Assembly: GCA_051866635.1 (NCBI GenBank)
Contig: JBJDXJ010000011.1
Location: forward strand, 1 to 64,000
Source of the DNA: Clostridia bacterium
GTDB taxonomy: Bacteria; Bacillota; Clostridia; UMGS1883
Reading direction: 5' to 3'
DNA: 64,000 bases
This document shows, in pieces, positions 18,335 through 34,228 of the stretch (position 1 is the stretch's first letter; each line of letters opens with the position of its first letter). Below the pieces are notes generated by a model. The model did not search any database, had not been told where the DNA came from, and saw nothing but the letters and a program-made list of their open reading frames with translations. A program made the position numbers and the translations under genes.

Positions 18335-20116
18335 ATGGATATACAGAATTTTTACAGAGGCTTTTCCTTTGACTCATATGAATATTTGGGATGTCATTTG
18401 GAATACAACGGTGCAGTTTTTCGAACCTTTGCACCAAATGCCAAATCCATAGCCGTAATTGGCGAATTTAACATGTGGCAGGAAACCAAGATGCACAAAA
18501 TACACGACGGCAATTTTTGGGAGGTTTTCATTGAAAACGCTAAAGAGGGCGATATGTATAAATACCGCATTGAAGGGCGTGACGGCAGAATTATCGACCA
18601 CTGTGACCCATATGGCTACGGCATGGAATTAAGACCCAATAATGCCTCCATTATACGTGACATGAAAAAATACACCTTTAATGACGAAGAGTGGATGAAA
18701 AACCGTACAGACTGCCGTAACAAACCGCTTAATATTTACGAAATGCACTTAGGTTCATGGAAAAGTAACGCACATGACGAAAATGGATGGTACAATTGCC
18801 GTGACCTTTGTGACACACTTATCCCCTATTTAAAGGAGTACGGATATAATTACATTGAGATTATGCCCATAGCGGAGCATCCCTGTGACAACTCCTGGGG
18901 GTATCAGATTACAGGCTTTTATTCCCCAACCTCACGCTACGGTACCTGTGACGATTTAAAGGCATTTGTGGACAAGTGCCACCAAGAAGGCATCGGTGTT
19001 ATACTTGATTTTGTGCCTGTCCATTTTGCAACTGATGATTATGCCTTGGAAAGATATGACGGAACGCCTCTTTTTGAATATCCCCATCCCGATGTAGGTT
19101 ACAGCGAATGGTCAAGCCATAACTTTAACCATTCCCGTGGTGAGGTGCAAAGCTTTCTTCAGTCTAACGCAAATTACTTTCTTACTGAATATCATTTTGA
19201 CGGACTGAGAGTGGACGCAATAAGCCGAATTATATACTGGCAAGGTGACGAAAACCGTGGCGTAAACAGTGACGGTGTTCGCTTTTTAAAGCAGATGAAT
19301 TACAGCTTGAAAAATATGCATCAGGGCATTATCCTTGCGGCAGAGGACTCTACAGCTTTCCCCGCTGTTACAGCACCTGCAGATTCAGGGGGTTTAGGTT
19401 TTGACTACAAGTGGGACATGGGCTGGATGAACGATACATTGGAATATTTTAAGATAGACCCTTATTTCAGGAGCGGTAATTATCATAAACTGACCTTTTC
19501 CATGATGTATTTCTACAACGAAAACTACCTCCTCCCTCTATCTCACGATGAAAATGTTCACGGCAAGGCTACTATTGCTCAAAAAATGTATGGGGATTAT
19601 GATTTAAAATTTCCACAGGCAAGGGCAATGTACTTGTATATGTATGCTCATCCCGGAAAAAAACTTAACTTTATGGGCAATGAAATTGCACAATTACGGG
19701 AATGGGATGAAAAGAGGGAACAGGACTGGGATATGTTAAAATATCCAAATCACGATGCCTTTCATCGCTTTATACGTGACATTAACCTTACTTATCTATC
19801 CTCTCACTCACTTTGGGAGAAGGACTTTTCACGTGATGGCTTTAACTGGGTGGAATGTGGTGCGGAGAATAAATGCTCCTACGCCTTCCGTCGAATTGCA
19901 GAGGGTGAACAAACCTTGGCTGTATTTAATTTTTCAGGCTGTGAACAAACCTTAAGCCTTAACATTGACTGTAAGAAATTACAGCTTCTTATAGCCACAG
20001 ACCGTGACATTTACGGCGGCGAAACAAATTATTCCACAAAACCCATAAAAGTAAAATCAGGGTTATTTACAATAACCCTTCCGCCTTTCGGTGCACATCT
20101 TTATATGGAATTATAA
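18335..20116 (+). CDS. glgB: 1,4-alpha-glucan branching enzyme (GH13)
   Basis: YEMHLGSW, SWGYQ, DGLRVDA, AEDST, KWDMGWMND, LSHDENVHGK. Confidence 0.95.
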   Translation: MDIQNFYRGFSFDSYEYLGCHLEYNGAVFRTFAPNAKSIAVIGEFNMWQETKMHKIHDGNFWEVFIENAKEGDMYKYRIEGRDGRIIDHCDPYGYGMELRPNNASIIRDMKKYTFNDEEWMKNRTDCRNKPLNIYEMHLGSWKSNAHDENGWYNCRDLCDTLIPYLKEYGYNYIEIMPIAEHPCDNSWGYQITGFYSPTSRYGTCDDLKAFVDKCHQEGIGVILDFVPVHFATDDYALERYDGTPLFEYPHPDVGYSEWSSHNFNHSRGEVQSFLQSNANYFLTEYHFDGLRVDAISRIIYWQGDENRGVNSDGVRFLKQMNYSLKNMHQGIILAAEDSTAFPAVTAPADSGGLGFDYKWDMGWMNDTLEYFKIDPYFRSGNYHKLTFSMMYFYNENYLLPLSHDENVHGKATIAQKMYGDYDLKFPQARAMYLYMYAHPGKKLNFMGNEIAQLREWDEKREQDWDMLKYPNHDAFHRFIRDINLTYLSSHSLWEKDFSRDGFNWVECGAENKCSYAFRRIAEGEQTLAVFNFSGCEQTLSLNIDCKKLQLLIATDRDIYGGETNYSTKPIKVKSGLFTITLPPFGAHLYMEL

Positions 20117-20153
20117 ACAAAAAAACGCCTTAAAATGGCGTTTTTTGTTTATA
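20112..20153. terminator. Bidirectional intrinsic terminator
   Basis: TATAAACAAAAAAACGCC...GGCGTTTTTTGTTTATA between convergent genes. Confidence 0.75.
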
Positions 20154-20159
20154 AAAAAA

Positions 20160-20801
20160 TTACTTATTCAATGACAGTTTTTTGCACAAGGGCAAAAACA
20201 TACCGCCACAAGCATTCCCTATTATAACAACAGGGAAATAGAAAGCAGCACTTTGAACATTTTCAAACCTGCTTATTGAAAAAAACGCCAAATCCGCTAT
20301 GCAGTGGTTAAAATTGCAGAAAATAAATATCATAACAGGTAACACCACGGCCCAGATTGTTCCAACAAAGTTTCCTGACTTTGTGCACCTTTCAAAGCCT
20401 TCAACAGCGATGAACATAAGCATACCGCAGAAAAAGGCAAGTACAAAGGTGCTTTGGACGGTGTCATTAAACTTTACGTTTAAAAGTTCTAACGCTTTAA
20501 AAGCATACGCTTCACCCATACGTGTGATACCCAAAAGTGTACCTCCGATAACTGTTCCCAAAAAATTTGCAACAAGAGTAACTAAAACTTCAATCACGTA
20601 TGCCTTATTCCGAAGAACGATGTAGCCCACTTTTCCCGTGTAAAGGCCCAGACTGAATACAACGATTACGAACAGCCCGAAACTGAACAAAACTGCACCT
20701 AAAACTTTATTATCGCTGTTCATATATGCCCCACATCCTACGCACACTATAATTCCTGAAAGAATTCCGTCCACCAAAAGAGAAATAAGTCTTTTTGTCA
20801 T
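20160..20801 (-). CDS. Formate/nitrite transporter (FNT) family protein
   Basis: About 6 TM segments; LFSFGL...LYTGK and FNHCIAD motifs. Confidence 0.8.
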   Translation of the reverse strand: MTKRLISLLVDGILSGIIVCVGCGAYMNSDNKVLGAVLFSFGLFVIVVFSLGLYTGKVGYIVLRNKAYVIEVLVTLVANFLGTVIGGTLLGITRMGEAYAFKALELLNVKFNDTVQSTFVLAFFCGMLMFIAVEGFERCTKSGNFVGTIWAVVLPVMIFIFCNFNHCIADLAFFSISRFENVQSAAFYFPVVIIGNACGGMFLPLCKKLSLNK

Positions 20802-20872
20802 ATTAAAAATCTTCCTCCTACAGTTATTAAACAGTATGTGTAGAAATAATTCAAAAAAACAACTCTTTACAA

Positions 20873-21802
20873 TTATTTTTTATTATAGTTTACAACAAGT
20901 ATACCTATAGATACAAGAATAAGGGCAATTACAACCTCGACACCTACGCTTCCTGCCTCATCAAGAAAAATTGCCGATAAAATAACACCTGAAATAGGGT
21001 TAAAAGGTCCGAAAATAGAAACACGTGACACATCGTTATACTTCATGAGTAAGCCCCATATGGAATAAGCAACAGCGGAAATACATGCCATGTAAATAAG
21101 AAGCACAACACAATTTAGAATACTTCCCTCTGCAAATTCAAACTTACCACCAAAAAGAAGCCCAAACAAAGTCATGATGCATCCGCCAATGAAGAACTGC
21201 CAGCCTGAAAGGGTTACGGGGTTTTCATGCTTTGAGTAAATTTTAATCATAACAGAACTGAATGCGTAAGCCAATGCCGCAATAAGTATAAAGCCTGCAC
21301 CCATAAAAGTAAAGCCCATGTCACCCTTTGCCATGCTTACAATAATAACACCGCCAAAGCCTAAAATACAGCCTATAGCCTTTTTTAAAGTCATTTTTTC
21401 TGTTCTGAAAATAAATGCGGCAACAAGTATGGCTATAAACACATTACTGCCGTTTACAATGGCAGCTGTTACGCCCGATGCATATGCATGACCTATGTAG
21501 AAAAACACGTATTGAATAACAGTCTGCACAAGTGCAAGTGCCAGAACATATTTAACAGAGCTTTTCTTTGGAATTAAAGGTTTTTTTGCCAGTAAACTGC
21601 CTATTAAAACAGTTAAAATACCTGCTAAAATAAAGCGTACACCGGCAAAAAGGATTGTGCTCATATAGTCGGTGCCTGTTATGCCGAACATTTTGTAACC
21701 GATTTTAATACACGGTGTTGCACTGCCCCACAATACACAGCAAAGAAGGGCTAAAAGTGCCACAACATAGGTCTTTTGCAGAAAATGTTTTTTCTCCTTC
21801 AA
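20873..21802 (-). CDS. DMT/EamA family transporter
   Basis: About 10 hydrophobic segments in two EamA repeats (LWGSA..., RFILAG). TTG start 9 nt after AGGAG. Confidence 0.85.
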   Translation of the reverse strand: MKEKKHFLQKTYVVALLALLCCVLWGSATPCIKIGYKMFGITGTDYMSTILFAGVRFILAGILTVLIGSLLAKKPLIPKKSSVKYVLALALVQTVIQYVFFYIGHAYASGVTAAIVNGSNVFIAILVAAFIFRTEKMTLKKAIGCILGFGGVIIVSMAKGDMGFTFMGAGFILIAALAYAFSSVMIKIYSKHENPVTLSGWQFFIGGCIMTLFGLLFGGKFEFAEGSILNCVVLLIYMACISAVAYSIWGLLMKYNDVSRVSIFGPFNPISGVILSAIFLDEAGSVGVEVVIALILVSIGILVVNYNKK

Positions 21803-21847
21803 AAAAATCAACTCCTTTGTAACAGACTTATTCTATCACAAAGGAGT
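21801..21847 (-). terminator. Intrinsic terminator after dapL (contains the RBS of the EamA gene)
   Basis: ACTCCTTTGT...ACAAAGGAGT stem followed by TGA and U7. Confidence 0.65.
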
Positions 21848-21870
21848 CAACTAATCAACATATTTTAACT

Positions 21871-23061
21871 TTACTTATTTCCAAGAAGCTCTACCAATCT
21901 TCTTGCGGCTTCCAAAGTATCTTCGGGGCTACCGAATGTGGAAAATCTAAAATATCCTTCACCGCAGGCACCAAAGCCTTCACCGGGTGTGCCTACAATC
22001 TGTGCTTTTGTTAAAAGGTAGTCGAAAAATTCCCAGCTTCCCATACCGCAGGGGCATTTAAGCCAGATATATGGTGCATTTTTACCGCCGCAATACCAGA
22101 TGCCTATTTTGTCAAGTGCTTCCATCAACACCTTGGCATTGTTTTTGTAAATTTTTATATTGTCGTGGATTTGCTTTTGTCCTTCTTCGGTAAATACTGC
22201 CGCTCCGCCTTTTTGAATTATGTAAGAAACACCGTTAGTTTTTGTTGTACGGTTTCTTACCCACATTTCGTTAAAGCACATAGAGCCTCTCACAAGTTTT
22301 TTGGGGATTACTGTATATCCAAGTCTTGTTCCTGTAAAGCCTGCTGTTTTTGAAAGAGAGCATATTTCAATAGCACAAGTTTCTGCACCTTCTATTTCAA
22401 ATATGCTGTGAGGAAGTTTTTCATCTTCAATAAAAGCCTCATAAGCCGCATCAAACAGAATTATACTTCCGTTTTCGTTGGCAAAATCAACCCACGCCTT
22501 AAGCTGTGTACGGTCAAATACTGCACCTGTGGGGTTGTTAGGTGAACAGATATATAAAATGTCTGCCTTTGCATCTTCTGAAGGCATGGGCAAAAATCCG
22601 TTATGTTCACCGGAAGAAAGGTGTACAATTTTTCTGCCTGCCATAACGTTTGCATCTACATATGCAGGATACGCAGGTTCAATTACAAGTGCGGAGCTTT
22701 CACGGTCAAAAAGGTCAAGAATATCGCCAAGCTCGTCACTTGCACCGCTTGACACAAACACTTCTTCAGGTGAAACTTTTACACCTCTTGCAACATAGTA
22801 ATTAGCTATTGTTTCACGAAGGAAAGGTGCACCACATTCGGGCATATAGCCGTGGAAGCATTCCTTAACACCCTGATCGTCAACCGCAGAGTGAAGTGCT
22901 TTAATTACTGCATCACAAAGCGGAAGAGATACGTCACCTATACCCATTCTGTACAAATGCTTATCGGGATTTGCTTCAAGATAAGCCTTTGTCTTTTGAG
23001 CTATGTTATAGAAAAGATATGAATCCTTCAAGTCTGCATAATGTGTGTTTGGTGTAATCAT
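21871..23061 (-). CDS. dapL: LL-diaminopimelate aminotransferase
   Basis: SYLF, MGIGDV, CSPNNPTG, PLP-Lys SLSKTAGFTGTR, TPGEGFG. Confidence 0.95.
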   Translation of the reverse strand: MITPNTHYADLKDSYLFYNIAQKTKAYLEANPDKHLYRMGIGDVSLPLCDAVIKALHSAVDDQGVKECFHGYMPECGAPFLRETIANYYVARGVKVSPEEVFVSSGASDELGDILDLFDRESSALVIEPAYPAYVDANVMAGRKIVHLSSGEHNGFLPMPSEDAKADILYICSPNNPTGAVFDRTQLKAWVDFANENGSIILFDAAYEAFIEDEKLPHSIFEIEGAETCAIEICSLSKTAGFTGTRLGYTVIPKKLVRGSMCFNEMWVRNRTTKTNGVSYIIQKGGAAVFTEEGQKQIHDNIKIYKNNAKVLMEALDKIGIWYCGGKNAPYIWLKCPCGMGSWEFFDYLLTKAQIVGTPGEGFGACGEGYFRFSTFGSPEDTLEAARRLVELLGNK

Positions 23062-23849
23062 TCCACTACATCTCCTTCGTATATCATTTCTGCCGGTCCC
23101 TTCATGGTGACAGAATAATCAGGTGCTACTGTAATTTTAAGTGTTCCTCCGTCCAAAAGTACAGATATTTCATCATCGGTGGAGCAATACCCTTCTCTTA
23201 TTGCCGCTGAAACAGATGCACATGCCCCTGTTCCGCAAGCCATTGTTACACCGCTTCCCCGCTCCCACACACGCATACGCAATGTATGTTCATCTATGAC
23301 CTGTACAAATTCAACATTTACGCCATCGGGAAAAGCACTGTGATGTTCCATTTTGGGTCCTATTGTTAAAAGGGGTGCTTTTTCTATATCGGGAACGAAA
23401 TTAACAGCATGAGGATTTCCCACAGATACAGGAGTACAACAAACTTCTTCACCGTCTATTGAAAGTGTAAGGTTTTCCGATACTACAGCTTTACCCATTC
23501 CCACAGATACGGTTTTTACCTTTCCCTTTGACAAATGCAAATCAAGGGTTTTTACACCTGACAGTGTTTCTATTTTGAGATGCTTCTTGTCTGTATATCC
23601 TTTGTCATATACATACTTTCCCACACAGCGAATACCGTTACCGCACATTTTTGCTTCTGAACCGTCTGCATTAAAAATTCTCATCTTAAAGTCCGCAATT
23701 TCTGATGGAGAAATATAAATCATCCCGTCAGAGCCTGCTCCAAAATGCCTGTCAGACAGTTTTATTGATAACGACTCAATATTTTCGGGCACTTCGCCGT
23801 AAACATATAAATAATCATTTCCAAGTCCGTGCATCTTTGTAAAGTGCAT
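23058..23849 (-). CDS. dapF: Diaminopimelate epimerase
   Basis: FTKMHGLGNDY, MCGNGIRC, ERGSG.TMACGTG. Confidence 0.96.
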   Translation of the reverse strand: MHFTKMHGLGNDYLYVYGEVPENIESLSIKLSDRHFGAGSDGMIYISPSEIADFKMRIFNADGSEAKMCGNGIRCVGKYVYDKGYTDKKHLKIETLSGVKTLDLHLSKGKVKTVSVGMGKAVVSENLTLSIDGEEVCCTPVSVGNPHAVNFVPDIEKAPLLTIGPKMEHHSAFPDGVNVEFVQVIDEHTLRMRVWERGSGVTMACGTGACASVSAAIREGYCSTDDEISVLLDGGTLKITVAPDYSVTMKGPAEMIYEGDVVE

Positions 23850-23877
23850 TGTAGTTCCTCCTCGCTAATTTACAAAT

Positions 23878-26800
23878 TTAAGCATCTATAGTAGATATTC
23901 CTATTGTCATTTCCTCAAGAACATCCAATAAAACCTTTACGGTATCTAATGATGTAAACATTGTAATATTATTTTCAGTTGCCGTTCTTCTGATTGCCAC
24001 ACCATCTTCATAATGTACACCGGAAAGAATTGCACGGGTACATATAACGTAGCTGACATAACCTGCTCTTATTGCTTCAAGTATTTCTGTACTGCCTTCG
24101 GAAAGTTTTCTTAAAAGTCTTGTCTTTATACCATGCTTCTTAAGAAATTCTGCCGTTCCCACAGTTGCCTCAATATTGAATCCCATGTCATAGAAACGTT
24201 TTACAAGGGGAAGTGCTTCTTCCTTATCCTCGTCAGCTAAAGTTACAACAACAGTGCCGTAATTCTGCAATTTCAGTCCCGATGCAGTAAGTGCTTTATA
24301 CATTGCTCTGGGGAACTTATCATCATATCCGATTGCTTCGCCTGTGGATTTCATTTCAGGTGAAAGATATGAGTCCATACCGTTCAGCTTTGAGAATGAG
24401 AATGCAGGTGCCTTTACATAGTGGCGTTCCTTTTCCTTTGGATAAAGCACATCTATGCCCTGCTCTTTAAGGCTCTTTCCCAAAATAACAAGTGTTGCCA
24501 TATCAGCTAAGGAATATCCTGTAGCTTTGGAAAGGAATGGTACAGTTCTTGATGAACGTGGATTTACTTCAATTATATAGACATTGTCCTCTTCATCAAC
24601 AATAAACTGAATATTAAAAAGACCTATAATACCAATACCAAGTCCAAGCTTTTCGGTATATTCCAATATTGTCTTTTTAACCTTTTCAGATACGCTGTAT
24701 GTGGGATATACACTTATGGAGTCACCGCTGTGAACGCCCGTTCTTTCAACAAGCTCCATAATACCGGGTACAAATACTGCCTTTCCGTCACATATTGCAT
24801 CAACTTCAAGCTCTTTTCCGCGGATGTATTTATCAACCAATACAGGCTTATCTTCATCAATTTCAACGGCAGTTTTAAGATAGTGCCTTAATGCCTTTTC
24901 CTTTGCAACAATCTGCATTGCACGACCGCCCAATACGAAGCTGGGTCTTACCAAAACAGGATAGCCAATTTCTTCTGCCGCCTTAATACCGTCTTCAATA
25001 TTTGTAACGGCACGTCCCGGAGGCTGAGGAATGTGAAGCTCTTTCAAAAGCTTTTCAAAAGCATCACGGTTTTCCGCTTTGTCTATTGCCGCACAATCTG
25101 TGCCTACAATCTTTACGCCCCTCTTATACAGCGGTTCTGCAAGATTTACGGCAGTCTGACCGCCCAATGTTACGATAACACCTTCGGCATTTTCCAAAAG
25201 TATAATATTTAAAACATCTTCAGGTGTAAGAGGTTCAAAGTACAGCTTATCGCTTGTAGTATAATCAGTTGAAACAGTTTCAGGATTATTATTTATGATT
25301 ATTGCTTCATAGCCTGCATCCTTAATTGTCTTTACGGCATGAACCGTTGAATAGTCAAATTCTACACCCTGACCTATTCTGATAGGACCTGAACCCAGAA
25401 CAACAAGCTTCTTCTTATCAGATACCTTTGATTCGTTTTCGCCTTCGTATGTGGAATAGAAGTAAGGGATATAACTGTCAAATTCCGATGCACAGGTATC
25501 TATCATTTTATATACAGGCATAATACCTGCATTTTTTCGCATTTCAAATATGCTAAGCTCGCTTACAGACCACAAAAGTGCAATTTCTTTATCCGAAAAG
25601 CCCATTTTCTTTGCTTTCTTAAGCTCTTCTATATTGCCAACATGGTTTTTAAGCCAAGCTTCTTCATCCACTATGTTTTTAAGCTTTCTTACAAAGAATC
25701 TGTCAATCTGTGTAATTTCACAAATCTTTTCAATTTCTGTATCCCTTCTTAAAAGCTCTGCGATTGCATATATTCTGTCGTCAGTTCCGATTTTTATATA
25801 ATCTAAAAGATTTTCTGTTTTCTCTTCATCAAACTTTTTGTTATAAAGATGCCATACACCAATCTCAAGAGAACGTATTGCCTTAAGTAAACTTTCTTCA
25901 AAGTTTCTGCCTATTGACATAACCTCGCCTGTGGCTTTCATCTGGGTGCCTAATTTATTATTTGCATCTGTAAATTTATCAAAGGGGAACCTTGGCATCT
26001 TTGTTACCACATAGTCAAGTGTAGGTTCAAAGGATGCGGGAGTATTGGCTATCTGTATTTCGTCCAGTGTCATGCCGATACCGATTTTTGCCGATACCCT
26101 TGCAATGGGATATCCGCTTGCCTTTGATGCAAGTGCCGATGAACGTGACACTCTGGGATTTACCTCTATAAGGTAATACTGGAATGACTTGGGGTCAAGT
26201 GCAAACTGAACATTGCATCCGCCTTCGATTTTAAGTTCGCGGATAATTTTCAGTGCACTGTCACGAAGCATATGATATTCCTTGTTTGTCAAGGTCTGTG
26301 AGGGACAAACAACAATGGAATCCCCTGTATGAATACCAACGGGGTCAAGGTTTTCCATATTACAAATAGTAATGGCAGTATCGTTTGAGTCACGTATTAC
26401 TTCGTATTCAATTTCCTTATAGCCCTTTATGCTCTTCTCAATCAAAACCTGATGTACGGGAGAAAGGGTAAGTGCATTTTTCATTATCTGCACAAATTCT
26501 TCTTCATTATCTGCAAAGCCGCCGCCTGTGCCCCCAAGGGTAAAGGCAGGACGAAGAACAACAGGATAGCCTATTTTTTTAGCTACCTTCAAGCCTTCTT
26601 CCATTGAGTTTGCTATATCTGAAGGAAGTACAGGTTCACCAAGACTTTCACAAAGCTCCTTGAACAGTTCTCTGTCCTCGGCACGCTCTATACTTTCGCT
26701 CTTTGTTCCCAAAAGCTCGGTGTGACATTCCTTTAAAACGCCCTTCTTTTCAAGCTGCATTGCAAGGTTAAGACCTGTCTGACCGCCTATACCCGGTAAA

Positions 26801-27063
26801 ATGGCATCGGGTCTTTCACGTCTTATAATCTTTGCAATATATTCCAGATTAAGAGGCTCCATATATACCTTATCCGCAACTGTTGTATCAGTCATAATTG
26901 TTGCGGGATTTGAATTGCAAAGGATAACTTCATAACCTTCTTCCCTAAGTGCAAGACATGCCTGAGTTCCTGCATAGTCAAACTCTGCCGCCTGTCCTAT
27001 AACTATGGGACCTGAACCGATAACGAGAACCTTTTTTATATCTTGTCTTTTAGGCATTTTCAT
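23878..27063 (-). CDS. carB: Carbamoyl-phosphate synthase large subunit
   Basis: [17 protein letters not shown], duplicated ATP-grasp domains (EVNPR twice), MGS domain. Confidence 0.98.
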   Translation of the reverse strand: MKMPKRQDIKKVLVIGSGPIVIGQAAEFDYAGTQACLALREEGYEVILCNSNPATIMTDTTVADKVYMEPLNLEYIAKIIRRERPDAILPGIGGQTGLNLAMQLEKKGVLKECHTELLGTKSESIERAEDRELFKELCESLGEPVLPSDIANSMEEGLKVAKKIGYPVVLRPAFTLGGTGGGFADNEEEFVQIMKNALTLSPVHQVLIEKSIKGYKEIEYEVIRDSNDTAITICNMENLDPVGIHTGDSIVVCPSQTLTNKEYHMLRDSALKIIRELKIEGGCNVQFALDPKSFQYYLIEVNPRVSRSSALASKASGYPIARVSAKIGIGMTLDEIQIANTPASFEPTLDYVVTKMPRFPFDKFTDANNKLGTQMKATGEVMSIGRNFEESLLKAIRSLEIGVWHLYNKKFDEEKTENLLDYIKIGTDDRIYAIAELLRRDTEIEKICEITQIDRFFVRKLKNIVDEEAWLKNHVGNIEELKKAKKMGFSDKEIALLWSVSELSIFEMRKNAGIMPVYKMIDTCASEFDSYIPYFYSTYEGENESKVSDKKKLVVLGSGPIRIGQGVEFDYSTVHAVKTIKDAGYEAIIINNNPETVSTDYTTSDKLYFEPLTPEDVLNIILLENAEGVIVTLGGQTAVNLAEPLYKRGVKIVGTDCAAIDKAENRDAFEKLLKELHIPQPPGRAVTNIEDGIKAAEEIGYPVLVRPSFVLGGRAMQIVAKEKALRHYLKTAVEIDEDKPVLVDKYIRGKELEVDAICDGKAVFVPGIMELVERTGVHSGDSISVYPTYSVSEKVKKTILEYTEKLGLGIGIIGLFNIQFIVDEEDNVYIIEVNPRSSRTVPFLSKATGYSLADMATLVILGKSLKEQGIDVLYPKEKERHYVKAPAFSFSKLNGMDSYLSPEMKSTGEAIGYDDKFPRAMYKALTASGLKLQNYGTVVVTLADEDKEEALPLVKRFYDMGFNIEATVGTAEFLKKHGIKTRLLRKLSEGSTEILEAIRAGYVSYVICTRAILSGVHYEDGVAIRRTATENNITMFTSLDTVKVLLDVLEEMTIGISTIDA

Positions 27064-28147
27064 TTTCTCCCTTCATCAGTTCAATAAATTCATCAAACAA
27101 ATATGCACTGTCCTGGGGACCGGGCGCACTTTCGGGATGGTACTGAACAGAAAAGATTTTATCCTTTTTGCACTCTATGCCCTCAACAGTATTATCAAGC
27201 AAATTTATATGTGTAATCTCAAGACGGGTTCCTACAATGCTGTCTGTATCAACAGCGTAGGAATGGTTCTGAGAAGTAATTTCAATTTTATTTGTTTTTA
27301 AATTTCTTACGGGATGATTTCCACCACGGTGTCCGAATTTCAGCTTATATGTTTTTGCACCGTATGCAAGTGATATAATCTGATGACCCAGACAAATACC
27401 GAATATGGGATATTTACCCTTAAGATTTTTTATTGTTTCAATAGTTTGCGAAACATCTGTAGGGTCCCCGGGTCCGTTTGAAATAAACACACCGTCAGGG
27501 TTAAGATTTTCTATATCTTCTGCCTTTGTATTATAAGGTACAACAGTAACAGAACATTCTCTTTGTTGCAGGGAACGAAGAATGTTCAGCTTCATGCCGC
27601 AGTCTATTGCCACAACATGATATTTTTTATTTTCAGTGGGATAAAAAGCACTTTTTTTCCTGCTGACTTTTGAAACCGCATCTTTGGGGATTTCAGTATT
27701 CTTAAGTATACTAAGTCCCTCATCCAGTGTTGTTTCAATTCCCGTAACAAGCACCTTGCGGCTACCCAAATCACGGATAGAACGTGTGATCTGTCTTGTG
27801 TCCACACCGTATATACCGGGTATATGATAACGCTTCATAACATCGGAAAGGCTTTCTACGCTACGGAAATTGGATGGTTCATCGTTGTATTCACGTACAA
27901 TTAAAGCACCGATTGTAGGTGTTTTTGTTTCATAATCCTCAGGACATATTCCGTAATTTCCGATTAAAGGATAAGTCATTACAACTGCCTGATAAGTATA
28001 AGACGGATCTGATACAATTTCCTGATATCCAACCATTGATGTATTAAAAACGATTTCACATACTTTATCAGCAGTATCACCGAAAGCAAAGCCCAAATAT
28101 TCGCTTCCGTCTTCTAAAATAATTTTTCTGTTATATTTTTCTGCCAT
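27050..28147 (-). CDS. carA: Carbamoyl-phosphate synthase small subunit
   Basis: [28 protein letters not shown]. Confidence 0.98.
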   Translation of the reverse strand: MAEKYNRKIILEDGSEYLGFAFGDTADKVCEIVFNTSMVGYQEIVSDPSYTYQAVVMTYPLIGNYGICPEDYETKTPTIGALIVREYNDEPSNFRSVESLSDVMKRYHIPGIYGVDTRQITRSIRDLGSRKVLVTGIETTLDEGLSILKNTEIPKDAVSKVSRKKSAFYPTENKKYHVVAIDCGMKLNILRSLQQRECSVTVVPYNTKAEDIENLNPDGVFISNGPGDPTDVSQTIETIKNLKGKYPIFGICLGHQIISLAYGAKTYKLKFGHRGGNHPVRNLKTNKIEITSQNHSYAVDTDSIVGTRLEITHINLLDNTVEGIECKKDKIFSVQYHPESAPGPQDSAYLFDEFIELMKGENENA

Positions 28148-28162
28148 TGTGAAACCCCGCTT

Positions 28163-32743
<4,581 letters not shown>

Positions 32744-32752
32744 CTCTTAATT

Positions 32753-34168
32753 TTAAAGATTAATTTCTGCTGTTTCTCTGGAAATATCAGACACTAATGG
32801 TCTTATTTTATTAAGATAAGCCTCCACCTGTTCAGGACATCTGCCTATATACAAGGAGGGAGTCAAAAGAGTGTTCATTTCGCTTTCAGTTAAACCAAAA
32901 TCCTTTTCCTTTGCCAAACGTGAAAGCAAATCACATTCTTCACCGTTCTTCATTTTTGCAGTAGCTTCCATTGAACACTTTCTTATAATTTCATGAAGCT
33001 GCTGGCGGTCGCCACCCTTCTTTACCGCTTCCATCATCAAGTTTTCTGTTGCGATAAAGGGCAGATATTCTTTAACTGTTTTTTCAACAATCTTTTCGTT
33101 CACCACAAGTCCGTCTGTAACGTTTTGTGCAAGTCGTAATATGGCATCTGCACAAAGGAAACCTTCGGGAATTGAAATACGTCTGTTTGCACTGTCGTCA
33201 AGTGTTCTTTCAAGCCACTGAACAGACGCTGTCATGGAAGCATTTTGTGTATCTGCCATAAGATAACGTGCCAAAGAACAGATACGTTCACTTCTCATGG
33301 GGTTACGTTTATATGCCATAGCGGAAGAACCAATCTGATTTTTTTCAAAGGGTTCTTCTACCTGTCTGTCATGCTGTAAAAGTCTTATATCGTTTGCCAT
33401 ACGGTAACAGCTCTGTGCAATAGAAGAAAGTGCATTCAGAATTCTGCTGTCAACCTTTCTGGGATAAGTCTGTCCGCAAACGTCAAAGCACTGTGAAAAA
33501 CCAAAATCTTTTGAAATCTGTCTGTTCATTTCATCAATCTTTGACATATCACCGTCAAACAAATCAACAAAGCTTGCTTCTGTGCCTGTAGTACCGCGGC
33601 AACCGAGGAACTTAATGTTTTCTATTGCAAATTCAACTTCATTAAGATCTGACATAAAGTCCTGAAGCCAAAGTGTGGCTCTCTTTCCCACTGTTACAAG
33701 CTGAGCAGGCTGATAATGGGTGTAGCCAAGTGTAGGCAAAGATTTAAACTTGTCTGCAAAGTCAACAAGGTTTGCAATAACCTTTAAAAGTTCATTCTTA
33801 ATGTAAAGTAAACCATCACGGTAAATAACAAGGTCTGCATTATCTGTTACATAACAGCTTGTTGCACCTAAATGAATAATACCTGCCGCCAAAGGTGCCA
33901 CTTTGCCGTAAGCATAAACATGTGCCATAACATCATGTCTTACTTCTTTTTCTCTCTGTGCTACTACATCATAATCGATATCTTCGATGTGTTCTTCCAT
34001 CTGGGAAATCTGTTCCTTTGTAACAGGAAGCCCCAAATTCATTTCTGCCTTAGCAAGAGCCACCCAAAGCTTACGCCATGTCTGATAACGTGTATCTGAT
34101 GAAAAAAGCTTGAGCATATATTCTGACGCATATCTGGATGATAACGGGGATTCATATTTATTTGTCAT
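32753..34168 (-). CDS. purB: Adenylosuccinate lyase
   Basis: PLSSRYAS, RHDVMAH, THYQPAQ, GSSAMAYKRNP. Confidence 0.97.
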   Translation of the reverse strand: MTNKYESPLSSRYASEYMLKLFSSDTRYQTWRKLWVALAKAEMNLGLPVTKEQISQMEEHIEDIDYDVVAQREKEVRHDVMAHVYAYGKVAPLAAGIIHLGATSCYVTDNADLVIYRDGLLYIKNELLKVIANLVDFADKFKSLPTLGYTHYQPAQLVTVGKRATLWLQDFMSDLNEVEFAIENIKFLGCRGTTGTEASFVDLFDGDMSKIDEMNRQISKDFGFSQCFDVCGQTYPRKVDSRILNALSSIAQSCYRMANDIRLLQHDRQVEEPFEKNQIGSSAMAYKRNPMRSERICSLARYLMADTQNASMTASVQWLERTLDDSANRRISIPEGFLCADAILRLAQNVTDGLVVNEKIVEKTVKEYLPFIATENLMMEAVKKGGDRQQLHEIIRKCSMEATAKMKNGEECDLLSRLAKEKDFGLTESEMNTLLTPSLYIGRCPEQVEAYLNKIRPLVSDISRETAEINL

Positions 34169-34228
34169 GATTTATCTCCTTTATCTGACTTTTATTTTAT
34201 CAATCGTTTTTAACTAAGCAAGTAATGC

